From the NCBI RefSeq assembly GCF_030833075.1, contig NZ_JAURHX010000002.1: DNA of 64,000 nucleotides; one strand, written 5' to 3'. The position numbers and the translations under genes were made by a program. Below the pieces are notes generated by a model. It did not search any database and was not told the origin of the DNA. It saw only the letters and a program-made list of their open reading frames with translations. Of this stretch, positions 8,640 through 17,027 are shown in pieces; the first letter of the stretch is position 1; each line of letters starts with the position of its first letter. The stretch is from Gemmatimonas sp. Lineage in GTDB: Bacteria; Gemmatimonadota; Gemmatimonadetes; Gemmatimonadales; Gemmatimonadaceae.

Positions 8640-9527
8640 CTGAGCGACGTTCTGAGCTACAGCGCGCTCACGGAACAGGCATGTGCACTCTGGCCCCAGG
8701 CGATCACGCCTGGGGCTTTGCACGTGGTGAGCACTCCCATCGGCAACCTCGGCGACATCACGCTGCGTGCCCTCGCCGTCCTGCGGCAGGCGAGCCTGAT
8801 CTGCTGCGAGGACACCCGGCACGCCCGTCCGCTCCTCGACCGATACGGCATCGGCACCCCCACGCAGGCGCTGCACGAGCACAATGAGGCGAGTGCGGTG
8901 CCGCGCCTGCTCGAGCGGCTGCGGGCGGGGGAGACGATCGCGGTGATCAGTGACGCCGGGACGCCGCTCGTGAGCGATCCGGGCGGGCGACTCGTCGAGG
9001 CGGCGGTGACGGCCGGCATCCGGGTCATCCCCATACCGGGGGCGTCGGCGACCCTCGCTGCGCTCGTGGCCTGTGGGCTGGCCGCGCATCCCTTTACGGT
9101 GCTCGGTTTTCCCGAGCGGAAGGGTAAGGACCGGGAGGATGCGCTGGCCATGGCCGCACGGCTCCCGCACGCCGTGGTGCTGTTCGAATCCCCCAACCGT
9201 CTGGCGGACACGCTGCGGGATCTGGCCGCCATCGCCGGGAGCGGCCGCCAGGTAGCCGTGGCCCGCGAACTCACCAAGCATTTCGAGGAGATCCGCCGCG
9301 GAACGCTCGAGGAGGTCGCCGCGTATTACGAGGAGGTGCCCCCCAAGGGGGAAATCGTGATCGTACTGGCCGGCGCGACGACGGCGGAACCCACGGAAGA
9401 CGGTTTGCGCGCAACGGCCGATGCCTTGCGCGCCCAAGGCTTCCGTCCGCGTGACATCGTTCGCATGCTCATGGACGAACACGGCGCCAGCCGCAACCTC
9501 GCCTACCGTCTCGCTCACGACACCTAG
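8640..9527 (+). CDS. rsmI: 16S rRNA (cytidine1402-2'-O)-methyltransferase
   Basis: 'VSTPIGNLGDITLRA', 'CEDTR', 'SDAGTPLVSDPG', 'FESPNR', 'RELTKHFEE'. Start approximate. Confidence 0.95.
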   Translation: MSDVLSYSALTEQACALWPQAITPGALHVVSTPIGNLGDITLRALAVLRQASLICCEDTRHARPLLDRYGIGTPTQALHEHNEASAVPRLLERLRAGETIAVISDAGTPLVSDPGGRLVEAAVTAGIRVIPIPGASATLAALVACGLAAHPFTVLGFPERKGKDREDALAMAARLPHAVVLFESPNRLADTLRDLAAIAGSGRQVAVARELTKHFEEIRRGTLEEVAAYYEEVPPKGEIVIVLAGATTAEPTEDGLRATADALRAQGFRPRDIVRMLMDEHGASRNLAYRLAHDT

Positions 9528-9537
9528 CCCGCCCGCC

Positions 9538-10272
9538 ATGCGGCTCACGCAGCGCCACCGGTCCATCGTTTTCGTCGCTGCGTGCGCGGTCCTGTTGCTG
9601 GGGGCGGCCGTGTCGCCGGCAGGGTCCGCCACATCGTCGTGGCGCGTCGCCGCTGCCGGGGGCCCGGGGCGCCTCGCCATCGCGCGCCTGCAATACGAAG
9701 GCGGGGGCGACTGGTACGCCAACCCGTCGAGCCTGCCCAATCTCATCCGCGCCGTGGCGGAGCGCACCGCGCTCCCCATCGAGCGCGTGGAAGGGAAGGT
9801 CACGCTCACCGATTCGTCACTCTTCGACTATCCGTTCGTCCACGCCACCGGGCACGGCGAGATGACGCTCAGCGACGTGGAAGTGAAACGGCTGCGCGAG
9901 TATCTCACGCGCGGCGGCTTCCTGCATGTGGACGACAACTACGGGCTCGACGAGAGTTTCCGCCGCGAAATAGCGCGGGTCTTTCCCGATCGTCCGCTGG
10001 TGGAAGTCCCGTATTCGCACCCCATCTACCACCTCGTGTACGACTTCCCGACCGGTCCGGTCAAGGTGCACGAGCATGACGGCAAACCGGCGAAGGGGTA
10101 CGGTATCTTCATCGGCAACCGGCTGGCGCTCTACTACACGTTCTCGGCCGACCTCGGCAATGGCTGGGAAGACGTGGGCACATATCCCGATCCGCCGGTG
10201 CTGCACGAGCAGGCGCTGCGGTTGGGCGTGAATCTCTTCACGTACGCGGCGACGAGCCGCGTACAGCCGTGA
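9538..10272 (+). CDS. DUF4159 domain protein, exported
   Basis: Signal peptide, then 'ARLQYEGGGDWYANPSSLPNL', 'YPF..ATGHG', 'LREYL.RGGFLHVDDNYG', 'DLGNGWED' and 'ALRLGVN'. Confidence 0.85.
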   Translation: MRLTQRHRSIVFVAACAVLLLGAAVSPAGSATSSWRVAAAGGPGRLAIARLQYEGGGDWYANPSSLPNLIRAVAERTALPIERVEGKVTLTDSSLFDYPFVHATGHGEMTLSDVEVKRLREYLTRGGFLHVDDNYGLDESFRREIARVFPDRPLVEVPYSHPIYHLVYDFPTGPVKVHEHDGKPAKGYGIFIGNRLALYYTFSADLGNGWEDVGTYPDPPVLHEQALRLGVNLFTYAATSRVQP

Positions 10273-10303
10273 TGATGTTGCCGATCCTTCTTTCGAGACC
10301 CGC

Positions 10304-13300
10304 ATGACCGCACCGGCTATTCGCGGACTGCCCGCGGCCGCCACGACACCACCCGCCGGTCGTGCCCTCGACGCGCGCCTCGGCCAGGAGCGGCAGGCGC
10401 TCTCCACCCGTGGGACGGTGGCGTCGGCGCTGATGGCGGCGGGGATTGTCACGGCCCTCGTCGCGGTCGCCGCACTCGGGCTCGGCGATGGCCGCTGGAT
10501 CGACCTGCCGGCGCCGTTGCCACTGGTCTGTGCCGTTGTCGCCGTGACGGGCGCGGCGTTCACCTTCGGCATCCGTCACCGCCGGTTGCAGCAGCAACTC
10601 ACGATGGCCGGCATGGCGGGCGTGGTGGAACAGGAGCAGCAGCTGCGCGAGGGCTCGTTGCGTGGGGCCCTCGAAGTCGCGGCCACCGGTGCGCTGGGTG
10701 CCCGGGCCGCCGACGACGTGGCGCGCCGGCTCGGGCCCGGAATGCTCACCCCCGCCCTCACGTCGCACTACACGCGCACGATGGGTATGGCGGCCGTCGG
10801 TGCCGTGGTGGGGATCTCGTCGCTGGTGGTCGCGTCGCGCGTGGCGCCCGATGGTGTGGCGGCGGTGCTGCAGCCGGTGAGCGCGTGGCGCGGGACGCTG
10901 CTGCCGGCGCTGGCCTTCGATCAACTCACCACGCGCGTGCCACGCGGCATGCCCGTGACGGTGCGGGTGGTGGCAACGGGCCGCCATGCGGTTACCGTGT
11001 CGCGCCGCTCGGAGGGCGAAGCATGGCGTGACACGGTGTTGAGCGTACCTAACGACGGACGCGTGGCGCTTGCGCTGGGCCCCGTGCGTGCGGCCACCGA
11101 ATTGCGCGTGAACGACGGCCGGTCGCCCGAACTCACCGCCGCGCTCGTGGTGGAAGAGCGCGGCTGGCTTGGTGACGTGTCATTGCGCGCGGTGTATCCC
11201 GCGTATCTCGGCCGCGCCGACGAAACGCTCGAGCCGGTCCCTCCGCTGCGCGTGCCGCGTGGAACCCGCGTGACGGTGCGCGTGATGCTTCGTGGCGGCG
11301 CGCGAGAGGCAGTGTTGAGCGATGGCAGCACCGAAGTACCGCTGGTACCCGCCTCGGCGGCCGGCGAAGGCGTGCCGGCGCAGGCGGTGATCGTGGTCGA
11401 TCGCGACGGCACGTGGGGGTGGCGTGCCCAGGCCACGCCGCGCGCCGACGGGGCCGTGCTCGCGCCGGAGCTGCCCGATTCGTTGCCCTTCACGGTCATC
11501 CCCGACCAGCTCCCCAGCGTGCAGATCGTGGCGCCGGCCACCGACACGGCCATCGTGCCCACGGGCGACGTGCCGGTGCTGGTGGATGCCGGTGATGATC
11601 ACGGCGTGTCGCGGGTACATCTGGTGGTGTGGAAGGAAGCCGCGAGCGGTGCCGGTATCATCAAGCGCGAACGGGTGGAGGTCGCGTCGCCGCAGTCGCC
11701 GGTGTTCGAAGGGGGCGCCACCGTCACGCTCGATGGCCGCGGGCTCGAACCCGGTGACAAGGTGCACGTGACGGCCGTGGCCACCGACGATTCGCCGTGG
11801 GCCCAGCAGGCCCAGAGTGCCGAAGTGGTGTTGCGCGTGCCCACGCTCAGCGAGCAGCGCGCCATGGCGCGTTCGTTGGCCGATTCGCTCGCCGCCAAGG
11901 CCATGCAACTCGCGCAGCAGGAGAAGCGGCTGCAGCAGAATACCGCCGATGCCTCGCGCAACCGCGACCTCAAGGCGGGGGGCGATCAGTCGAGCGGCGG
12001 ACAGAAGAACGACGGCAAGCCGATGAGCTTCACGGCCGCCGAGAAGGCCAAGCAGCTGGCGCGTGAGCAGCAGCAGCTGTCCGCCAAGGTGGATTCGCTG
12101 CGCATGAACGCGAAGGAACTGGAGTCGCGCCTCAAGAACGCGAACGCGCTGGACACCACGCTGGCCGGCCGTATGCGCGACATCCAGAAGATGCTGCGCG
12201 ATGCCATGACGCCCGAGATGCAGAAGCAGCTGGAGGAGCTCAACAAGAACTCCGACCGGCTGAGCGGCACGCAGGCCCAGCAGAGCATGCAGCAGCTCGC
12301 CGAGGCGCAGAAGCAGATGCGCGAGCAGCTCGAGCGCAGCGCCGAGATGCTGAAGCGCGCCTCGCTGGAAGGGGCCATGCAGACGCTGCGTGACGAAGCC
12401 AAGGAGTTGTCGCGGGCGCAACAGCAGGCGGCCGATCGCATGGACGGCCGGCCGCAGCAGAGCGCCGGCAAGCAGAGCCCGCAGGACGCGCGGCAACTTG
12501 CCGACCGGTCCCGCGATCTCGAGCGCGATGTGCAGGCGCTGGCGAAGAAGCTGGAGGAGGCGGGGGCGAAGCCCGGCGCCTCGAAGACGCGCGAGGCGCA
12601 GCCGACGGTGAAGGAAGCGGCCGACGCGATGAGCCGCGCGGCGCAGATGGACAAGGCGCAGCAGAATCAGCAGGCAAATCAGCAGCAGGGGCAGCAGCCG
12701 AACCAGCCGCAGAACGGTCAGCAGCAGAACGCTCCCGGCCAGCAGGGACAGCAGCAGCGCCAGCAGGGCCAGCAGCGCCAGCAGGGCCAGCAGGGCCAGC
12801 AGGGCCAGCAGGGGCAGCAGGGCCAGCAAGGGCAGCAGCAGGGCCAGCAAGGGCAGCAACAAGGCCAACAAGGCCAGCAAGGCCAGCAGGGACAGTCACA
12901 GCAGGCACGACAGGCCGCCGACGCCATGGAGCGCGCGGCGCAGCAGCTGTCGCAGGCGCGCGATGCGCAGGTCAACACGTGGAAGGGTGAGCTGTCCGAC
13001 CAGCTCGATCAGTCCATCAACGAGACCATGCAGCTCGCGCGTCAGCAGGCCGAACTCGAAAAGAAGATGCGCCAGCAGGGGCAGCAGGGCGCGCAGGGCA
13101 TGCAGGGCGAGCAGGCGGCGTTGCAGCAGGGCGTGCAGCAGGCGGCCGAACGGCTGGAGCAGGCCGGACGGCAGTCATCGCTGCTGTCGCAGCGCTCACA
13201 GAAGCAGATGGCGGAAGCCCAGCGCCGGGTACAACAGGCCACGCAGGCGATGCAGCAGGCCGGCCAGGACCAGCCCGGTGGCACGGAGCAGGCGCAGAGC

Positions 13301-13927
13301 GCGATGAAGGACGCCAGCGAAGCGCTCAACCAGGCGCTCAGTTCGCTCGTCCGTGATCGCGAACGGGTGAACAACGCCCAGAGCGCGTCGGGCTTCACCG
13401 AGATGATGGAGCAGCTCAAGCAGTTGGCCCAGCAACAGGGGCAGCTCAACAGCCAGATGCAGGGGCTCAACATGATGCCCGGCGGCGCCAAGGGCGATCA
13501 GGCGCAGCAGCAGGCGCGCGTACTGGCCAAGCAGCAGCGTGACGTGGCGCGCAGCCTTACCGACGTGAGCGATGCCGACCAGACCGGGCGCACCGACGCG
13601 CTGGCCAGGGAAGCGCAGCAGCTCGCCCAGCAGATCGAGCGGAACGGGCTCGACCCGGCGGTGGCGGCGCGCCAGCAGCAGCTGTACCGCCGCTTGCTCG
13701 ACGCGGGGCGTTTCCTCGAGCAGGAGGAGCGCGATGATCAGGGCCCCCGCGAAGCGAAGGCGGGGAACGGCAACGGCTCGGCCGGTCGCGTGGACGGACC
13801 GCAATCGGGGAAGGCCGGCAGCAAGTATGCGCCGCCCACGTGGAACGATCTGCGCGGGCTCGGCCCCGACGAACGGCGCATCGTGATCGAGTACTTCCGC
13901 CGGCTCAATGGCACCACGCCGCCGTAA
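10304..13927 (+). CDS. DUF4175-like membrane-anchored protein with Ig-like middle region and long Gln-rich coiled coil
   Basis: Three N-terminal TM segments, 'YPAYLGR', 'IPDQLPSVQI', 'DDHGVS', heptad Q/E/L/A-rich C-terminal half, and an end 'RRIVIEYFRRLN' typical of this family. Confidence 0.75.
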   Translation: MTAPAIRGLPAAATTPPAGRALDARLGQERQALSTRGTVASALMAAGIVTALVAVAALGLGDGRWIDLPAPLPLVCAVVAVTGAAFTFGIRHRRLQQQLTMAGMAGVVEQEQQLREGSLRGALEVAATGALGARAADDVARRLGPGMLTPALTSHYTRTMGMAAVGAVVGISSLVVASRVAPDGVAAVLQPVSAWRGTLLPALAFDQLTTRVPRGMPVTVRVVATGRHAVTVSRRSEGEAWRDTVLSVPNDGRVALALGPVRAATELRVNDGRSPELTAALVVEERGWLGDVSLRAVYPAYLGRADETLEPVPPLRVPRGTRVTVRVMLRGGAREAVLSDGSTEVPLVPASAAGEGVPAQAVIVVDRDGTWGWRAQATPRADGAVLAPELPDSLPFTVIPDQLPSVQIVAPATDTAIVPTGDVPVLVDAGDDHGVSRVHLVVWKEAASGAGIIKRERVEVASPQSPVFEGGATVTLDGRGLEPGDKVHVTAVATDDSPWAQQAQSAEVVLRVPTLSEQRAMARSLADSLAAKAMQLAQQEKRLQQNTADASRNRDLKAGGDQSSGGQKNDGKPMSFTAAEKAKQLAREQQQLSAKVDSLRMNAKELESRLKNANALDTTLAGRMRDIQKMLRDAMTPEMQKQLEELNKNSDRLSGTQAQQSMQQLAEAQKQMREQLERSAEMLKRASLEGAMQTLRDEAKELSRAQQQAADRMDGRPQQSAGKQSPQDARQLADRSRDLERDVQALAKKLEEAGAKPGASKTREAQPTVKEAADAMSRAAQMDKAQQNQQANQQQGQQPNQPQNGQQQNAPGQQGQQQRQQGQQRQQGQQGQQGQQGQQGQQGQQQGQQGQQQGQQGQQGQQGQSQQARQAADAMERAAQQLSQARDAQVNTWKGELSDQLDQSINETMQLARQQAELEKKMRQQGQQGAQGMQGEQAALQQGVQQAAERLEQAGRQSSLLSQRSQKQMAEAQRRVQQATQAMQQAGQDQPGGTEQAQSAMKDASEALNQALSSLVRDRERVNNAQSASGFTEMMEQLKQLAQQQGQLNSQMQGLNMMPGGAKGDQAQQQARVLAKQQRDVARSLTDVSDADQTGRTDALAREAQQLAQQIERNGLDPAVAARQQQLYRRLLDAGRFLEQEERDDQGPREAKAGNGNGSAGRVDGPQSGKAGSKYAPPTWNDLRGLGPDERRIVIEYFRRLNGTTPP
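12661..12904 (+). repeat. Coding low-complexity (QQG)n tandem repeat (CAGCAGGGC-type 9-mers)
   Basis: Direct reading: repeated cagcagggc/cagcaaggc units encode QQGQQGQQG. Confidence 0.9.
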
Positions 13928-13931
13928 TCGC

Positions 13932-15686
13932 GTGCAGCACCCGAGCATCGGGGGCGCGGCGCACCGCGTCTGCGCCGGTGTCGTCGCGCTCGCGAGTCTG
14001 TGTCTGTCGCTGCGCGCCGGTGCGCAGGCCGTCAAGCCGTCGGGAACGACGGATCCGCTTTCGCGCGCGCTGGAGGCCGAGGACAAGCGTGACCGCGTCA
14101 CCGCATCCGGTGCCTATCGCGAGGTGCTCACGAGCGCGCTCGCGGTGGGCAGTACCGACGGCGATCGCATCGCTGTGGCACTGCTGGGGCTCGAACGCGT
14201 CTGGAACGATGCCGGCATGCTCGACTCCCTCGTGCCCATGGTGTCGCGGGTCTTGCAGTTCCGTCCCACCGACCCCACGGCGCGCGGCGTGCAATTGCGC
14301 ACGCTGCTCAGCATGGGGCGCGATGCCGAGGCACGTGATGCCTTCACCACATGGCGTCGGGTGGCGGGCAACGAAGCGACACCGTTTCGCGAGTATGCGC
14401 GACTGCTGCTGCAGGCCGGACGGGCGCTTGCCGCCGACAGCGTACTGAACGAAGCGGGCCGGCTCATGGGGGCGGCCGGGGCGTTGTCGGGGGAGACGGC
14501 GCAGCTGCATCTGGCGCTCAAACGCTACGTGCCCGCTGTGCGCGCCTTCCGGGAGGCCATGGTGGACGAGCCGTGGCTGGAAACGGCCGCGCTCTTCGGT
14601 CTGCAGCGGGTGCCGGCCGACACGCGTGATTCGGTGCGCACCGTGCTGCTCGCGCCGCCGGTAACGTTCGCCACGCGCCGGCTGCTGTCGTCCCTCGAAT
14701 TCGCGTGGGGCGAGCCTCGGCGCGCCTGGAGCGCCATCAGCACGCTTCCGGCCGATGACTCGGCCGCCGCCACGTGGCGGGCATTCGCCGAACGGGCGGA
14801 GCTCAACGAAAGCTGGCTCGTGGCGCGCGAGGCGTGGACGGCGGTCTTCGATCGTGCAGGCGACATCGAGTCGCAGCAGCGCGCCGCCGATGCGTCGCTG
14901 CGCGCGGGAGAGGCGGCCGCGGCGCTCACGCTCGTGCGGCGCAAAGCCACCGCCGGCAAGGTGGCTGATTCTGTGCGGGTGCGCGCGTTGCTCGGCCTCG
15001 AGATTGCCGCCCTCGGGGAACTCGGCCGCGGCAACGAGGCGCAGCAGAAGCTCGACGATGCCGCGAAGCAACTCGACCCTGATACGCGGGCGGCGTTGGC
15101 GCGCCCGCTGGTGGCCGGATGGCTGCGCGCCGGGGACGTGGCACGGGCGAAGGCAGCAATGCAGGGCACCGAACTTTCCGACGACGACGAATTGGTCGGG
15201 TGGCTCGCGCTGTATGAGGGCGACGTGGTGAACGCCCGGAAGCGACTGCTGCGCGCGGCCTCCAATCGCCCCGAACTGGTGGACGCACTGGGTATCCTGG
15301 CGCGCACCCGCGTGGAGCAGCTGCCCGGACTCGGTGAGGCGTTCACACTGCTGGCGCGCCGCGATTCCACCGGCGCCGCGAAGCAGTTCGTGCGACTCGC
15401 CGACTCGGTGGGCACGGCGGCGCCGGCGTTCCTCGCGCAAGGGGCGCGACTCGCCCGGCCGAACGAGGCACTCGCGCTGTTCGACCGCCTCGTGCGCGAC
15501 TTCCCCAAGAGCCCCGAGGCGCCCGAGGCGCTGCTGGCCTGGGCGCGCGCGTTGCGCGACGTCGGTGACAAACCGGCGGCCGTCACGAAGTTCGAACAGT
15601 TACTCGTGGACTATGGCACGAGTGCGCTGGCGCCGCAGGCCCGACGCGATCTGGAGCGCCTCAAGGGCGCCATTCCTCCCGCGTAG
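13932..15686 (+). CDS. Exported tetratricopeptide-repeat protein
   Basis: Signal-like N-terminus, all-helical Ala/Leu-rich repeats, and C-terminal CpoB/BamD-type TPR ends 'LVRDFPKSPEAPEAL' and 'LLVDYGTSALAPQAR'. Start could be 13908. Confidence 0.75.
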   Translation: MQHPSIGGAAHRVCAGVVALASLCLSLRAGAQAVKPSGTTDPLSRALEAEDKRDRVTASGAYREVLTSALAVGSTDGDRIAVALLGLERVWNDAGMLDSLVPMVSRVLQFRPTDPTARGVQLRTLLSMGRDAEARDAFTTWRRVAGNEATPFREYARLLLQAGRALAADSVLNEAGRLMGAAGALSGETAQLHLALKRYVPAVRAFREAMVDEPWLETAALFGLQRVPADTRDSVRTVLLAPPVTFATRRLLSSLEFAWGEPRRAWSAISTLPADDSAAATWRAFAERAELNESWLVAREAWTAVFDRAGDIESQQRAADASLRAGEAAAALTLVRRKATAGKVADSVRVRALLGLEIAALGELGRGNEAQQKLDDAAKQLDPDTRAALARPLVAGWLRAGDVARAKAAMQGTELSDDDELVGWLALYEGDVVNARKRLLRAASNRPELVDALGILARTRVEQLPGLGEAFTLLARRDSTGAAKQFVRLADSVGTAAPAFLAQGARLARPNEALALFDRLVRDFPKSPEAPEALLAWARALRDVGDKPAAVTKFEQLLVDYGTSALAPQARRDLERLKGAIPPA

Positions 15687-15690
15687 TGGG

Positions 15691-15725
15691 CCTGCTGCCT
15701 GCTTCCCGCAACCTGCTCCCTGCTA
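15691..15725. repeat. Heptamer tandem repeat (CCTGCTN x5)
   Basis: cctgctg cctgctt cccgcaa cctgctc cctgcta. Confidence 0.8.
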
Positions 15726-15736
15726 CCTTTCTCCGC

Positions 15737-17026
15737 ATGCCCGTTCGTCTCGAGGTCGCACGAGTCCTCCGCGTTGCACGGTTCCTTCTGGGAGCGGTGT
15801 TGTGCGCCGTGCGCCCGGCGCTCGCGCAGCACCTGCTGCTCCCCATGGACGATGGCCAGCGCAATCACCTCAAGGCCTATGGGGTGACGTATCAGGCGCT
15901 CAAGGCGGGGCAGAAGGCGGAGTGGTTCCTCAATTACCGCGGCGGGGCGTTCCTGCTTCCCGACGTGCCCGATCTGCGCAAGCGCGCGGCGCTCGATGGG
16001 GTGAGCGTGGAGCCGTTGAGCGACGCGGATGTGGCGAGCGTGCGCGCCGAGATCGCCGGTGGCAACATGGACGCCGTGGTGCTGGAACGCTCGCCCAAGA
16101 TTGCCATCTATCGCCCCGTCGATCAGCCACCCTGGGACGATGCCGTCACGCTCGCTCTCACGTACGCCGGTATCGATTTCACGTCGGTGTGGGACGACGA
16201 CGTGATGAAGGGGGATCTCAGCAAGTACGACTGGGTGCACCTGCACCACGAAGATTTCACGGGGCAGTACAACAAGCTCTATCTCGCCTATCGCGACGCG
16301 CCGTGGTTCGTCGCGCAGCGCGAGCGCGACCTGTCCACCGGACGCAAGTTCGGCAAGAATGACGTACCCGGCCTCAAGAAGGGGGTCGCCGACAACATCC
16401 GTGGATTTGTCGAGCGTGGTGGCTTCCTCTTCGCCATGTGCGGTGCCACCGAGTCGCTCGATCTGTCCATCGCCTCGTTCGCGGTGGACATTGCCGGGCC
16501 GTTCTCCGACGGTACGCCCCCCGATCCCGGCGCCGACAGCAAGCTCGATTGGACCCGCGCCCTCGCGTTCCAGGGCGCGCACATCGAGCCATCGCCATAC
16601 GTCAATGCATTGAGCGACATCGACGGGCACCAGGTCAACGTGCCGTCGCGCCGTCAGCCACTCGGCGCCTTCGCGCTTTTCGGGTTCAGCGCCAAGCTCG
16701 ATCCGGTGGCCAGCATGCTCGTGCAGAACCACCGCACGGTCATCCCCGACTTTTACGGGGTGACCACCAGCTTCAACAAGGCGGTGGTGAAGACCGGCGT
16801 CACCGTGCTCGCGCAGGAAGACGGCGCGCCGTGGAGCAAGTATCTGCACGGCGACTACGGCAAGGGCTCGTGGACGTTTCTCGGCGGGCACGACCCTGAA
16901 GATCCGCAGCACGCCATCGGCAGTGCGCCCACGGATCTGTCGCTGCACCCCAGCTCTCCCGGGTACCGACTCATCCTGAACAACGTGCTTTTTCCGGCCG
17001 CGAAGAAGAAGCCCCGGAAGACGTGA
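15737..17026 (+). CDS. Exported protein of the FCB-group family often labelled 'asparagine synthetase B' (class I GATase-like fold; true function unknown)
   Basis: 'LLPMD..Q.NHLKAYG', 'W.LNYRGG.F', 'PWDDAVTLALTYA', 'DWVHLHHEDFTGQY', 'GGFLFAMC', 'GGHDPED', 'SPGYRLILNNVLFPAAKKK'. It has a signal peptide and no AsnB Ntn/ATP-PPase motifs. Confidence 0.7.
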   Translation: MPVRLEVARVLRVARFLLGAVLCAVRPALAQHLLLPMDDGQRNHLKAYGVTYQALKAGQKAEWFLNYRGGAFLLPDVPDLRKRAALDGVSVEPLSDADVASVRAEIAGGNMDAVVLERSPKIAIYRPVDQPPWDDAVTLALTYAGIDFTSVWDDDVMKGDLSKYDWVHLHHEDFTGQYNKLYLAYRDAPWFVAQRERDLSTGRKFGKNDVPGLKKGVADNIRGFVERGGFLFAMCGATESLDLSIASFAVDIAGPFSDGTPPDPGADSKLDWTRALAFQGAHIEPSPYVNALSDIDGHQVNVPSRRQPLGAFALFGFSAKLDPVASMLVQNHRTVIPDFYGVTTSFNKAVVKTGVTVLAQEDGAPWSKYLHGDYGKGSWTFLGGHDPEDPQHAIGSAPTDLSLHPSSPGYRLILNNVLFPAAKKKPRKT

Positions 17027-17027
17027 C

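Noticed and set aside
12661-12904. Repeat tract as a CRISPR array
   Set aside because: Contiguous in-frame 9-mers with no unique spacers and no cas genes.
15737-17026. Literal asparagine synthetase B function
   Set aside because: No N-terminal Cys Ntn domain or SGGLDS ATP-pyrophosphatase motif, and the protein has a signal peptide.
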